From: Octopus sinensis
Taxonomy: Eukaryota
Length of the DNA: 64,000 nucleotides
Assembly: GCF_006345805.1 (NCBI RefSeq)
Contig: NC_042997.1
Coordinates: 187,178,001 to 187,242,000, forward strand
Direction: 5' to 3'
Shown: positions 37,905-50,417 of the stretch, one piece after another
How positions within the stretch are numbered: position 1 is the first letter of the stretch
Layout of the letters: each line of letters begins with the position of its first letter
Made by a program: the position numbers and the translations under genes
Notes under the pieces: model-generated
The model's database searches: none
Told to the model about the DNA's origin: nothing
Seen by the model: only the letters and a program-made list of their open reading frames with translations

Positions 37905-38150
37905 AAAATGATAATGATGATGACGACACCAAAGCCGCTGCCACCAATGCTGCTGCTGCCACCAACGCCACCGCTGCCGCTGCCAACGCCGCCGCGGCCA
38001 ACAATGTCACCTGCCAACAAGGCCACTACCACCAACGACGCCGCTGCCAATGATGCTGCCACCACTAACAATGCTGCCGCCGCCACCACCGCTGATGCCA
38101 CTGTCAATGCTGCCAACAACGGCGATGATGACGATGACAACGATGGTGAT
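37905..38150 (+). repeat. GC-rich cryptic trinucleotide repeat (GCC/GCT/ACC/AAC) bracketed by (GAT)n
   Basis: Directly visible, at the tail of a retroelement fragment (37690-37925). Confidence 0.85.
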
Positions 38151-38550
38151 TAAAATGTTAGATGTTATTTTGATTTTCTGTGTTCTGTGTTCTAATACCA
38201 CTGATCTCTTCTTTGTGCATCATCTTTCCAAGTTGATAAAAAGGTACTAATCCAGACTCATAGCTTGGCAGAACTATAAGAGGATCAAGCAGGATCCTCA
38301 AAGAACAAGTGTTTGTAGTAGCTATTTATATTCTGATATTAACACCTGTAATGACAATGATGCCAAGCTGTGTTGATTCAAATCAACAGCTTTTACTTTG
38401 GATAAACAGCAGTGGCATGGAGAAGGGTTTCTTGCATGCATGGGAAACTGCTAGTCTTTCTCAAAAAGTTTTGCCCAGACCTGCACATACCTGTGCAGAT
38501 GCAAGCAGGCCTTACACATATTGACCACAGGTAGGGATAAAAAAGTATCT

Positions 38551-39353
38551 TTAACCCTTTAGCATTTAAACAGGCCATATCCATCCAAAATATTCTACCT
38601 GTTTTATGCCCAAACTGGCCAGGTCTGAACTGTAACACCTATCCTACAATGTCATTCTAAAAGTATAAAATCAGGAGTGGCTGTGTGGTAAGTAGCTTGT
38701 TTATAAACCACATGGTTCCAGGTTCAGTCCCACTGCATGGCACCGTGGGCAAGTGTCTTCTACTATAGCCTCGGGCCTACCAAAGCCTTGTGAGTGGATT
38801 TGGTAGATGGAGACTGAAAGAAGCCTGTCGTATATATGTATATATATATGTATGCGTGTGTATATGTTTGTGTGTCTGTGTTTGTCCCCACAACATCACT
38901 TGACAACTGATGGTAGTGCGTTTATGTCCCCATAACTCAGCGGCTCAGCAAAAGAGACTGATAGAATAAGTACTAGGCTTACAAAGAATAAGTCCTGGGG
39001 TTGATGTGCTCGACTAAAGGCAGTGCACCAGCATGGCCACAGTCAAATGACTGAAACAAGTAAAAGAGTAAAAGAGCATATCATCAAAATCTCAAAGCTA
39101 CAAGATAATGCATGATTAATTCAAAACAAAGTGATTAAACAAGCATTACTTTTGACAAAAATAATGTGAATGCATTTAAACTGACCACATCTGGTTGAAA
39201 TATTCTACCTATTTTATGTTCGAATGTCTTTCTAAAAGTAAACAATCACATCATCAGAATCTTAGAGCAATGAGATAATGCATGATGAATTCAAAACAAT
39301 GGGAATAAATAAGCTTTACATTTGACAGAGTAATCTGAATGCTAAATGGTTAA
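38551..39353. mobile_element. TTAA piggyBac-like MITE dimer interrupted by a SINE
   Basis: TTAACCCTTTTAGCATT left end and AATGCTAAATGGTTAA right end; the internal unit restarts at about 39170. Confidence 0.75.
38672..39076 (+). mobile_element. SINE family A nested in the MITE
   Basis: Full head, body and tail. Confidence 0.9.
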
Positions 39354-39879
39354 GTAAATTTTTGTTTCATCCATATATGTCTATTATTGCATATATGAAT
39401 GACTCTTCCTGGACAGAATAAAATATGCTTCAACACATGAATTCTCATAAAGAATCTTGCAAACCAAAGACAAAAACAAAATATAATATTTTATAAAAGC
39501 TGAAGCTGAAACTTTAGTTTCAATAAAAAAAAAATCCTTTACTCTGCTGTACCAAGCAGTCTGCCCTTCTTTCTCATTTGTTCAACATTAAGCAAATCAT
39601 CTATATCTCTCTCTCTATCTGTGTGTGTAGTAATTGCAGCTGGCACCTCACATCTAGTTATTCAAATTTCACATCCCCAGTCATCAGGCTTCATATCAAG
39701 TTTGATGAACTGAAAATGGAAAATTTAAATATTTCTAATTACGATGAACATAAACAAACAAAGTTTGCTTTAGAAGCATTGAGATGTCTTAGAAAGTTAA
39801 AGAAGTGATTTTAAATTCTCAAATGCAGGATAATCCTAATAATACAGCCTGAACAGGATAAGCTACCCCTATTTTGCAG

Positions 39880-39886
39880 AAAAAAA
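39880..39886 (-). terminator. Putative Pol III terminator (T7)
   Basis: Seven T on the minus strand, 8 nt downstream of the tRNA-like 3' end. Confidence 0.6.
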
Positions 39887-39894
39887 GTGTTGGC

Positions 39895-39969
39895 AGCTGG
39901 CTACGAGATTCGAACTCACGCCTCCGTGATTACAAGTCATGGTGCTCTGACCCATTAAGCTAAACCACC
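39895..39969 (-). tRNA. tRNA-Thr(TGT)-like gene or pseudogene
   Basis: GGTGGTT TA GCTT AATGGGTCA GAGC AC CATGA CTTGTAA TCACG GAGGC GTGAG TTCGAAT CTCGT AGCCAGC T. Cloverleaf with A and B boxes; one mismatch each in the acceptor and anticodon stems, one extra base, two wobbles in the T stem. Confidence 0.65.
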
Positions 39970-40378
39970 CACACCACAAATTCTTCTGCAAATTTAAGAG
40001 ATATAGAAATCTTGCTTTATGAGACGCTATCATATGCTAAATTTAAATTATGATGAGCGTAAACAAACAAACGAAGTTTGCTTTAGAAGCGTTAGGATGT
40101 CTTAGAAAGTTAAAGAAATGATTTTAAATTCTCAAACACAGGATAATGCTAATAATATAGCCTGGGTTGCAATAAACTATAAACAAATCTCTTTTCTTGG
40201 CACTGAGTGCAGTTTGAAACTTCTCACCTACCCTTACATACTACACACACACACACACACGAGTATTTTTTTTTACATATTTTAGCCATGTTGCAATGCA
40301 TTGGTCTTTATTGCAGTTTACATCTGTTTATTTCAGGCATATAAACATACTGTTTCTTTATAATATTTGTTTAATATA

Positions 40379-41636
40379 TTGGGTCATCCCATAAACAATT
40401 TGTATCTTTTCAATTGCATGAACTAAAAATCGGAGGGGGATGGGATAAACTACCTGCATCAACTTTCTAAGTAATTTTACTTTGTCCTTATTCTTAGTGC
40501 AAGTTTTGAAGAGTGCAGTTCGATTTTAATAGTTATTTTTTCAAAGTTGTAATGGAAGTGACATATTTTGCTTTATGAGTTTCATAAAAACAAAAATGCA
40601 ATGGAAAGTGTGAGGAATATTAATGCAGTATACGGGGATCAGACATTAAGCATAAGCTAGTGTCAATGGTGGTTCCAGAAATTCTGAGCTAGAAACCACA
40701 GCCTAGAAGACAAGCCTTGTCCTGGAAGATCTGTAGAGCTTGACGAGGACATCCTGCAAACCCTGGTGGAACAAAATCCCATCATAACTGTTGAGGAACT
40801 AGCAGAGAAGCTTGGATTTGGTCATTCAACCATTTGTTGACATCTGCATGCCATCGGAAAAGTCAGCAAATTAGACCAATGGGTTCCTCACAAGCTTTCT
40901 GAGTCTATTTGTGTGCAGAGAGTGACTGTGTGCTCTTCTTTGCCACCACATCTCATGAACAAACCTTTATTGGACCAAATAGTGACTGGTGATGAGGAAT
41001 GGGTTCTCTATAAAAATGTCAAGTGCCGAAAGCAGTGGGTATGGAAAGGAGAAACACCAGCACCCTTGGCTAAAGAAGGTCTTCACCCATGGAAAGTGTT
41101 ATCTGTTTGGTGAGATATGAAAGGTTTAGTCAACTTTGAACTTTTAAACCCAAACCAAATGATAAAAGATGAGATCTACTGTGAGCAGCTTGAGCGGCTT
41201 AAGTCAGTGCTAGAAGAAAAATGAACGTCTTTGGTTTCAAGACAAAAGGAGCTCTTTCATCAGGATAATGTTTGGCCATATGCATTGAGGATGACATTCC
41301 AAAGGCTAGAGCAGTTTGAATGGGAAACGATGCCCCACCCACCATATTCATTGAACATTGCCCCATCTGATTATCATTTATTCTGCAGTTTTCAAAATCA
41401 CTTGGATGAAAAAATATGAATTCTGTAGACAAGGTCAGGACAGTACTGGAGGAGTATTTTTCATCACAGACAAGTGAATTTTGGAAGAGGAGCCTTGCAA
41501 GCCTACCAAGATAGATGGAAGAGAATTGTAGAAAATGAAGGAGTGTATATTTTGGATTAAAAAAGAACTTTGTTTATCTTAATTTGGAAAAATAAAAGAA
41601 GTACAAAAAACCCACATTATTTATGGGATGACCCAA
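40379..41636 (+). mobile_element. Full-length decayed mariner transposon (DD34D)
   Basis: TIRs TTGGGTCATCCCATAAA and TTTATGGGATGACCCAA, TA TSDs, and fragments IVTGDEEW and HQDN-x-PPYSLNIAPSD with 34 residues between the aspartates; multiple stops and frameshifts. Confidence 0.93.
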
Positions 41637-41656
41637 TATATGTATATATTAAATGT

Positions 41657-41863
41657 GACCACATGTGTATTGTTGGCGATTTTTTTCCTCCATCTTCCCT
41701 TCCTTGCATCTTTCCTTTTCCCATGTTTCTGATGAAGAGCTCTGCTCGAAACGTTAAATCCTCCTTCTTTCTTTCTTTTCCTGAGCATCCAATAATACTA
41801 TACTTGTTCCACGTCCTCACGTTGTTGTGATTTCTCTTTGTGTTTTTATGTTTGGATTAACTT
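41657..41863 (+). mobile_element. ~210-bp element carrying a minimal hammerhead
   Basis: Homologous to 17211-17418 and 61168-61386. Confidence 0.75.
41725..41759 (+). ncRNA. Minimal type I hammerhead motif
   Basis: GTTT-CTGATGA-A-GAGC-TCT-GCTC-GAAA-CGTT-AAAT. Confidence 0.65.
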
Positions 41864-42831
41864 AATATGTAAAGATGATATTTAGTGCATTCATATAAAT
41901 ATACATAAGGCAGTAGGATGTATTTTGAGGAAGATTTGGTTACTATTTCTAATAAACTGAGCAACCCCTCAAAGATTCTATCATTGGCTCATTTTATGAA
42001 TGAGAGTTGTTATGTTTGCATACATATATATTTGTTATACATTGCATATGAATGTGTTTGATGTGTTTGTCTTGTTTGTAGGTAGTTGTTTGTATTGTGT
42101 GAACGTTGTTAAATACTATCTATGTAGCTGTCTCTGTGTCTAGCTAATAAAAATGAAAAAAGATAGACTGAAGAGACAAAATTATCTATTTGAAGCCAAG
42201 AAATCAAAATTTATCAGTGAAATTGTGAGACATTTATATTATGAAAATGTAATGAATATTATGATAGTAATAGTGAGAATAACAATGTTATCAATATTGT
42301 GTTATTTGATGCTCTTTTTTGATCAATGTAATGATAAAGTCCTTTGTGCCTGTTTGTAGCTGGCTGTATTTGTGTGTGTGTACATATATATATATATATA
42401 TATGCATGCATGTATGTATGTATGTATGTATGTATGTATGTATGTATGTATGTATGTATGTATGTATGTATGTATGTATGTATGTATGTATGTATACATG
42501 ACCATGTGGGGATGCTGACCACTTAAGGAGTAAATAGTGGCAAGTAATTTCATTGGCTGACAAAAACTATGATATTTCAGTTTGACGCCAAACAGATTTC
42601 TGCAGATAAACACTGAGTTCCTGGTTTGGTTTCTATGTATGGGCTGCGCAAAGGAAAGATGGTAAGAAGAAATATTGATTCTAGTTACACAATGCACACA
42701 CACTTATATAAATACACTTAATCAAGACATCATAATGAAGAATGGAGAATTATACATGTTCAAAACTTATCTTTATTAAAGCATTTTTTCTCCATATTAC
42801 ATTTCGACACAAGTTTTTGCTGGGATAAGTA

Positions 42832-43215
42832 TTGGGTTGTCCGGAAAGTTCGTGCTGATTTTTAAAGGAAAGAAAAAGGTCAATAGATACTTGTCATTAC
42901 ATTTTTAATCAACCAAATATGAACCATTTTGTTGCCCAATGCATCTCCATCTTTCCTTTAACTTGAAAATACCCTCTTCCCAGAAGTGAGGTGGTTTCAT
43001 GGCAAAGAATTCATCAGAGTATCTTTTTACGTCATCCAAAGAATTGAAATTTTTACCATTGCGACTATTCTGCAGAGACCTGAATAAGTGGAAATCCGAA
43101 GGAGCAATATCTGGTGAATATGGAGGGTAGGGTAACACATCCCAGCCGAACTGCAGCAATTTTTGTCTGGTTCCCAAAGCATCAAGTGCCGAAAATGAAC
43201 TTTCTTATCTTGAGC
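42832..43215 (-). mobile_element. Internally deleted mariner relic
   Basis: TIR TTGGGTTGTCCGGAAAG after TA; C-terminal PPYSPDIAPSDFHLFRSLQN joined directly to the N-terminal KVHFRHLMLWE. Confidence 0.85.
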
Positions 43216-43225
43216 AATCTTATGT

Positions 43226-43495
43226 AGGGCAATCTTCAGCTGCACAAAAACATAGAATTTAATCAAATTAGAACAGATGGACACATTAATATAGTTATAC
43301 CTAAAATCTCCAAGAAGTGAAGGAAGTGGACAAAGAACATGTTGTTTCTACTTCAGCATAGATTCTATGTCTTTGTGCAACTGAAGACTGCTCTACATTT
43401 TAAATTGATGTAATGATTGTATTGTTCATTTAAATAGAGTTGCATGAAACAATCGTACTGCATTACCTCTGGATATCCTTGTTGCTTATTTTGAT
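43226..43495 (+). mobile_element. Hammerhead-bearing repeat with a 5' inverted segment (Penelope-like end structure)
   Basis: 43226-43258 and 43362-43394 are inverted copies; homologous to 10329-10560. Confidence 0.7.
43376..43462 (+). ncRNA. Type I hammerhead motif with long stem II, partly decayed
   Basis: TGCAA-CTGAAGA-(hairpin)-GAAA-CAATC-GTA-CTGCA. Confidence 0.6.
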
Positions 43496-43547
43496 TCATA
43501 TATATATATATATGTATATATATATAACGTACTATAGTATAATATAT

Positions 43548-43594
<47 letters not shown>

Positions 43595-43632
43595 CATATA
43601 TATATTATATAGGTAGTTAGGGTAAATTCCTT

Positions 43633-43669
<37 letters not shown>

Positions 43670-43948
43670 TTAGTAATAATGAAGTCAAATACATTTAATA
43701 CATGTTTCAGGCTTGTGTAATATGTAATAGGAAATGCATCCATTATGTAAATGTTCCTCAGTTAAAACATTTCAAAATATCACTTTTTGGTTTGACTTTA
43801 TTATTACAACTTATAAGACTTGATGCCAATACCAACTTGACTCAACTAGCACAGATAGTCTAACAATGATTTTAAGTAGTTTGTTGTATTTGACTCCAAT
43901 TGAAAATTCTGGTATTGTTCATCACTTCTTAGCCTAACATGAAATACG

Positions 43949-43981
<33 letters not shown>

Positions 43982-44769
43982 GTATATATTCATTGATGTC
44001 TATATGCACATATGCACACACACACACATACACGCTCATGCATGTGTACGTATGATGCATACATATGAGCTCGCCTTAGTCTGTATCTGGCTCTGTGTTT
44101 TCATATAAGCTACTTGTTGAACTCAGATGGCAAGACACAGAAAAGTGTTAGTCTATTGTCATAACTTTTTACAGAATCAGATAACTCTGAAGCCCCATGA
44201 GATGACACATTTTATGTATATATATATTATTATACACACTGTTGATTATGGTGATCCTTCAACTAAATACTGAATTGTGAGATAAAAATCTCACAACTGT
44301 ATAGACACTGTTTTTTGTTGCTTTGTTTCTCTCCGTCTCTTCCTCCTTTTATCTGCCCCTCTCCCTCATGCACAATACACACACACATGTGTGTATATAT
44401 ATGTATATATACATATGTATATATATATATACATATATATGTTTATATATGTATATATGTATACACACACATATGTATATGTAGGTATAACTATACGTGC
44501 CTATGCATGTACATATGTATGTATATATACATTACATTTGTATGTAATCTTTATATGTGCTATATATGTATTTGTATGTAATATATATGTATACATATAT
44601 ATTTGTGTGTAATGTATATTTATACATATATTTTGTACTAAAGCTGTCTAGACAGTAAACACGATAGTTTAACTTACTATCTAACTGTTAGTTTGTATTA
44701 TGTTTGCTGGCTTCTCTGTCTGTCTGACGTTTTTATTATATTTTACCATCTCCACACATTCATTTAATA

Positions 44770-44995
44770 CATCATCATCATCATCATCGTTTAACGTCCG
44801 CTTTCCATGCTAGCATGGGTTGGACGGTTCAACTGGGGTCTGGGAAGCCCGAAGCCTGCACCAGGCCAGTCAGATCTGGCAGTGTTTCTACAGCTGGATG
44901 CCCTTCCTAACGCCAACCACTCCGAGAGTGTAGTGGGTGATTTTATGTGCCAGACGAGGCTGGCGAACGGCCATGCTCGGATGGTGCGTGGCCGT
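44770..44995 (-). mobile_element. RTE LINE 3'-end fragment
   Basis: Nearly identical to the start of 59616-61141. Confidence 0.88.
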
Positions 44996-45135
44996 TTGCC
45001 ACTTAATCTTGCAAAACATACGTTTAATGCACATAGTTAACGATAATTAAAAAAATTAACAATCTCCTAATATAATAATGAGCATAGTGTTTTATGTATT
45101 TGTGTATATATATATATATATAATATATATATATT

Positions 45136-45432
45136 GGAGGCGCAATGGCCTAGTGGTTAGGGCAGTGGACTCGCGGTCGTAGGATCACGGTTTCGATTCC
45201 CAGACCGGGCGTTGTGAGTGTTTATTGATCGAAAACACCTAAGAAGCTCCACGAGGCTCCGGCAGGGGGTGGTGATCCCTGCTGTACTCTTTCACCACTC
45301 TTTCTCCCACTCTTTCTTCTGTTGGCCTGCTCGCTTAGCCAGCTGGGTGGCGTCATTCGAAGGCTAAAACAATGCGAACGCATTGTGACCAGCGATGTGT
45401 AACTACAGCTGATGGACTGGTCGGTCACGTGA
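45136..45432 (+). mobile_element. SINE family C variant, young copy
   Basis: GGAGGCGCAATGGCCTAGTGGTTAGGGC...GGTTTCGATTCCC head with many CpGs retained. Confidence 0.85.
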
Positions 45433-46237
45433 TGGTGATATATATATTAGGCACACTAGCTGACCACTTGCCATCAATAATGACAGCTAATTGTAGTATT
45501 TACCATATAAATTATGTACAAAATATGGTACATATAAATATATATATATATATATATATGTCCAGAATCATGCTGGATGCGAAGGAAGAGAGAAAATAAT
45601 AATTCAGTGAAGGACAAGTAGTGAGAGTAATAGCCGTGACTGAGAGGGAGTGAGAGAAAGTAATAGCAATAGGAGAAAGGAAGGAGTGATAGATGAATAA
45701 GGAAGGAAGGAAGGAATGAAAAAAAATTAGCGTTTCAACTCTGTGTGTGTATATGTGTGTATGTGTGTGCATGTACAAGGAAAGTATGTGATTATTATGT
45801 ACCTTATTTTGTACATTATTTATATGTAAAATACTACAATTAGCTGTCATTACTGATGGCACGTGGTCAACTAGTGTGCCTAATATTTGGTGCAGGTCTG
45901 GCTGTGTGGCTTGCCTCCCAAGCACATGGTTCTGGTCTCAGTCCCACTCTGTGGCACCATAGGCAAGTGGCTTCTACCGTAGACTTGGGCTGACCAAATC
46001 CTTGTGAATAGATTTGGTATATGGAAACTGAAAAAAGCCTGTTACATACATTTCTCTCCATTTTTTTTTTCTTTCTCTATCTGTTTTCTCTCTTCATTCC
46101 TTTCTGTAGAAGAGCTTAGGCTTGAAACGTCATTGATTCTTTCATTTTTAATGAGTGTCAGACTAATATATCTTGTTTGTTATTCTTTCACCTGTCTCTC
46201 TTTTATTTATTGTTTTTTTTTGTACAGTTTTGAACTA

Positions 46238-46271
<34 letters not shown>

Positions 46272-46293
46272 GTATATATATATGTATATATAT

Positions 46294-46329
<36 letters not shown>

Positions 46330-46829
46330 GTGTGTGTGTGTGTGTATGAGTGAGTGGACAAATGAAAGAAAGTGGCATTCAACACATTTGGTAGTAGTTC
46401 AATATATTATTTATTTAATAACAGTTTGATTGAGCTCCATAAAGGGTAAAGACCCCATTCAGTCATGAATGACTATAGGATTGCACCTAGAAAGTTCCTC
46501 CCCTAAGCACAAATCCGGGCAAGATTGTTTATGGAAGACCAGCAGTCGCCCATGCATACCAGCCTCCACTCTCCATGCCCCCGATGTTATTCAAGGGAAA
46601 GGCAAAGGCCGATACAGCTTAGCATCAGTGATGTTGCAAATTAGTGAACTGGAGCAACATGAAATAAAGTATCTTGCTCAAGAACACAACACACATCCCA
46701 GTCCAGGAATCAAACTCACTACCTCATAAATTGTGAGCCCGACATTCTAACCAATGAGCCATTCAATTATACACAGTGAAGTTAATCAAATATATAATTT
46801 GTATTTCTGAGCATAATCTCTTCAGAGAT

Positions 46830-46895
<66 letters not shown>

Positions 46896-46907
46896 TATAT
46901 ATATATT

Positions 46908-46995
<88 letters not shown>

Positions 46996-47492
46996 TGTGT
47001 GTGTGTGTATGAGTGAGTGGACAAATGAAAGAAAGTGGCATTCAACACATTTGGTAGTAGTTCAATATATTATTTATTTAATAACAGTTTGATTGAGCTC
47101 CATAAAGGGTAAAGACCCCATTCAGTCATGAATGACTATAGGATTGCACCTAGAAAGTTCCTCCCCTAAGCACAAATCCGGGCAAGATTGTTTATGGAAG
47201 ACCAGCAGTCGCCCATGCATACCAGCCTCCACTCTCCATGCCCCCGATGTTATTCAAGGGAAAGGCAAAGGCCGATACAGCTTAGCATCAGTGATGTTGC
47301 AAATGAGTGAACTGGAGCAACATGAAATAAAGTATCTTGCTCAAGAACACAACACACATCCCAGTCCAGGAATCAAACTCACTACCTCATAAATTGTGAG
47401 CCCGACATTCTAACCAATGAGCCATTCAATTATACACAGTGAAGTTAATCAAATATATAATTTGTATTTCTGAGCATAATCTCTTCAGAGAT

Positions 47493-47500
<8 letters not shown>
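46330..47500. repeat. Tandem duplication, 663-bp period, bounded by (TA)n, each unit holding a family C SINE (minus)
   Basis: 46330-46835 and 46993-47498 are identical except for one substitution I could find (AAATTAGT versus AAATGAGT). Confidence 0.92.
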
Positions 47501-47537
<37 letters not shown>

Positions 47538-48399
47538 TATATATACACACACACACATATATATATTTGTATGTATGGAAGTGTATGCATGTATGTGCAT
47601 GCATGTCAGTGTGTGTGTTACTCTTTCCCTGTCTTGACTTTGTGTGATAGTTGTGAAAAAGTGTCACCGTCCTTTGCTTCCAGTTTTCCTTGAAACATGT
47701 CTGGTCATAGAGAAATGTTACTTTACCTGGAAACAGGTGAGTGTGGCAACAGAAAGGGCATCTAGTCATAGAAAATCCACCTCAACAAGCTTTGTCTGAC
47801 CCATTCAAGCATGAAATAATGGATGCTAAATGATGATGATGATAATGATGATGATGATAGTGTAAGCAAAGGGACACAGACAAATACATTCACAGAATCA
47901 TGCGTACTTACTCAGACACACAGTCAGTTGCCAGACCAAAGTTGTTTTAGATATTCCCTGACCCTCTGAGAAGGCCATCATTGAAAACCTTCTGTCTGAA
48001 TCTAAATTTCTCCATTGTTCTTTAATCCTTGCTCTTATTTATTCTGTTCATAAGAGTAAATCACAAAGTAAACATCATTGTTTCTCAAACCCAATGTATT
48101 GAAAGTATTTGCGAGTGATTAAATAGAACCTCAGTAGTTAATTAATTACTGTAATTAGCCTGTTAATTTGTGGTTAATTTGTGGTTACTCTTTGTTGATG
48201 ACGGCTTGAATATTTCAGTCTTTCAGTCAGTGAGAGAGGGTTAACCCTTTCGTTACCAAAAAAAAAATAACAGAAAGTAGGTTTGTCATGGCTGGGAGGT
48301 CATTGATCATATATTATGTCTGATGAACCATAATTGAACAAGAGTTTAAAAAAATGAATAACACCACCAACAACAACTACAAAATAAGTTGTTGTTATT

Positions 48400-49017
48400 T
48401 AACTTCAGGTGCCTCACTGAGGCAATGACTAGTGACCGAGACTTTTTGAAATATGCTGTGTTTGAGAAGACCCAGCAAGCCAAATGAGACTATTACCTTG
48501 TGGCCTATGCCAGGGGTGTAACCAGCCCACTTATGCGTACCTTCCCTTCATTGGACACTGCTTGCAAAGACCTGTTGAGGCAAGTGAAATTGAAATCAAA
48601 TTTGATGACAGGCATCCGTACTAGTGGAGTACTAAGAGCACCATCCGAGCGTGATTGTTGCCAGAGTGGCTAACTGGTATCTGTGCCAGTGGCACATAAA
48701 AAGCACCAATCGAGTGTGATCGTTACCAGCATTGCGTTGCTGACACTTGTGCTGGTGTGCAGGTAGCACATAAAAAAAACATCATTTGGGCGCAGCCGTT
48801 GCCAGTGCTGCCTGACTGGCCCTCATGCCAGTGGCACATAAAAGCACCCACTACACTCTTGGAGTGGTTGACATTAGGAAGGGCATCCAGCTGTAGAAAC
48901 TCTGCCGGATCAAGATTGGAGCCTGGTGCAACCATCTGGTTTGCCAGTCCTCAGTAAAATCGTCCAACCCATGCTAGCATGGAAAGCGGATGTAAAACGA
49001 TGATGATGATGATGATG
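48400..49017 (+). mobile_element. 5'-truncated RTE LINE (ORF2 end plus 3'UTR)
   Basis: GCCTCACTGAGGCAATGACTAGTGACCGAGAC matches the ORF2 C-terminus; (GAT)n tail. Confidence 0.82.
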
Positions 49018-49295
49018 TGATTAAAGGGGTTCAAGCTGGGACCATTGCATCATTTTAGAGATATGAATGAAAATGCGGAACAGGGATACGACAAAGGAAC
49101 ATACTGAAAAACTGGTGTAAAAACACATATAACTGATATGAACATGCTCAATGCCTTATCAATTATCACCCAAATATTCTCACACCTTCCAATAGTGTTG
49201 TTCAATTTTGGCAGCATCAGGAACATAAGCTGCTGGAGTATGGTTGAGTAGACATGATAGAAGAACATGAACAGAAAAAAAATGAGACAAATACA

Positions 49296-49526
49296 TTAAC
49301 CCTTTCATTACGAACCCAGCTGAAACCGGCTCTGGATCTGTAGTACAAATGTCTTGTTTTCATAAGCTTTGAATTAAAATCTTTCACCAAACCTTAGTCA
49401 CAATTAATGTTCCTAACACTAGATTAATGATAACTAAGTTTTATTTTACTAAATTCATTGTTATATTTAAAATAATTGAGAGAAAAACAGAGAATCTCAA
49501 AATAAATACAGTAATGAAAGGGTTAA
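49296..49526. mobile_element. piggyBac-like MITE
   Basis: TTAA TSDs and perfect 12-bp TIRs CCCTTTCATTAC and GTAATGAAAGGG. Confidence 0.88.
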
Positions 49527-50370
49527 TATGAGAAGATGAGGTTTCTAGACTAAACAGTAAATATATGAGGTATCCTTTATTTATTTAAGATAGCAGAGTG
49601 ATTTGAAAGATTTGATTACAGTTTCTAGCAGACAAAGCAACCACATTGAAGGACTTTCTCATTAATGAAACAAGTCTTAACTGCAGCAGATGTCATTTCA
49701 ATAACAATACAAGACAGATATTAGCACTCAGTGTAGTGAACCAGTTATTTACCCATGGGAAACATTGTTCACAAAATGATATGTGTAAGTGATAAAAACA
49801 AAAAGATATTTAAAAAATAGACCTACCTTGCTTTGATAAGGAGTTCTATTTGAATGATAATTATGTGAGTTATACTGATTAAAAAAAAAAATAAAAAAAA
49901 GTCTCAGCATATTTAAAAATATATTTTATGATTAATAAATTGAACAAGTTTGTATTGCTGAGATATAGTTTTCTGTTAAATGAAAAGATATTATCATTAT
50001 GTTATATAAGACGATATTATCATTATGTTATATAAGAAGATATTATTATGTTATATAAGATATCATGTTATATGAGAAGATATTGTCATCATCAGCATTC
50101 AGGGTTTGGTTTCATTAATTTATCTATCTGTTCTGAGTTAACCATAAAGTCTATTTTTAACTTCAAAGAATGCTGACAATAAGGATAGCAGAACTGAAGC
50201 ACAGCTGAGTCTAAGAATTTTTCTTAGGATTTCACCTTTTCCAAGCAAGCTAATATTTCCCCATGGATGGACATAATTTCATGAAAGATTGGAAATGAAA
50301 GATATTATATATATGACAGCAATTCTAGCTCCTAAATATCATGTGATGTCAAAACAAGAACACACACACA

Positions 50371-50417
<47 letters not shown>

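Noticed and set aside
40190-40230. Possible second degenerate tRNA after the right direct repeat
   Set aside because: Only a vague B-box-like resemblance; no cloverleaf can be drawn.
45136-45215. tRNA-like sequences at SINE 5' ends
   Set aside because: They have A and B boxes but no complete cloverleaf or terminator, and they continue into SINE bodies.
49985-50090. ~26-bp AT-rich minisatellite, about five decaying units
   Set aside because: An ordinary slippage array with no further structure.
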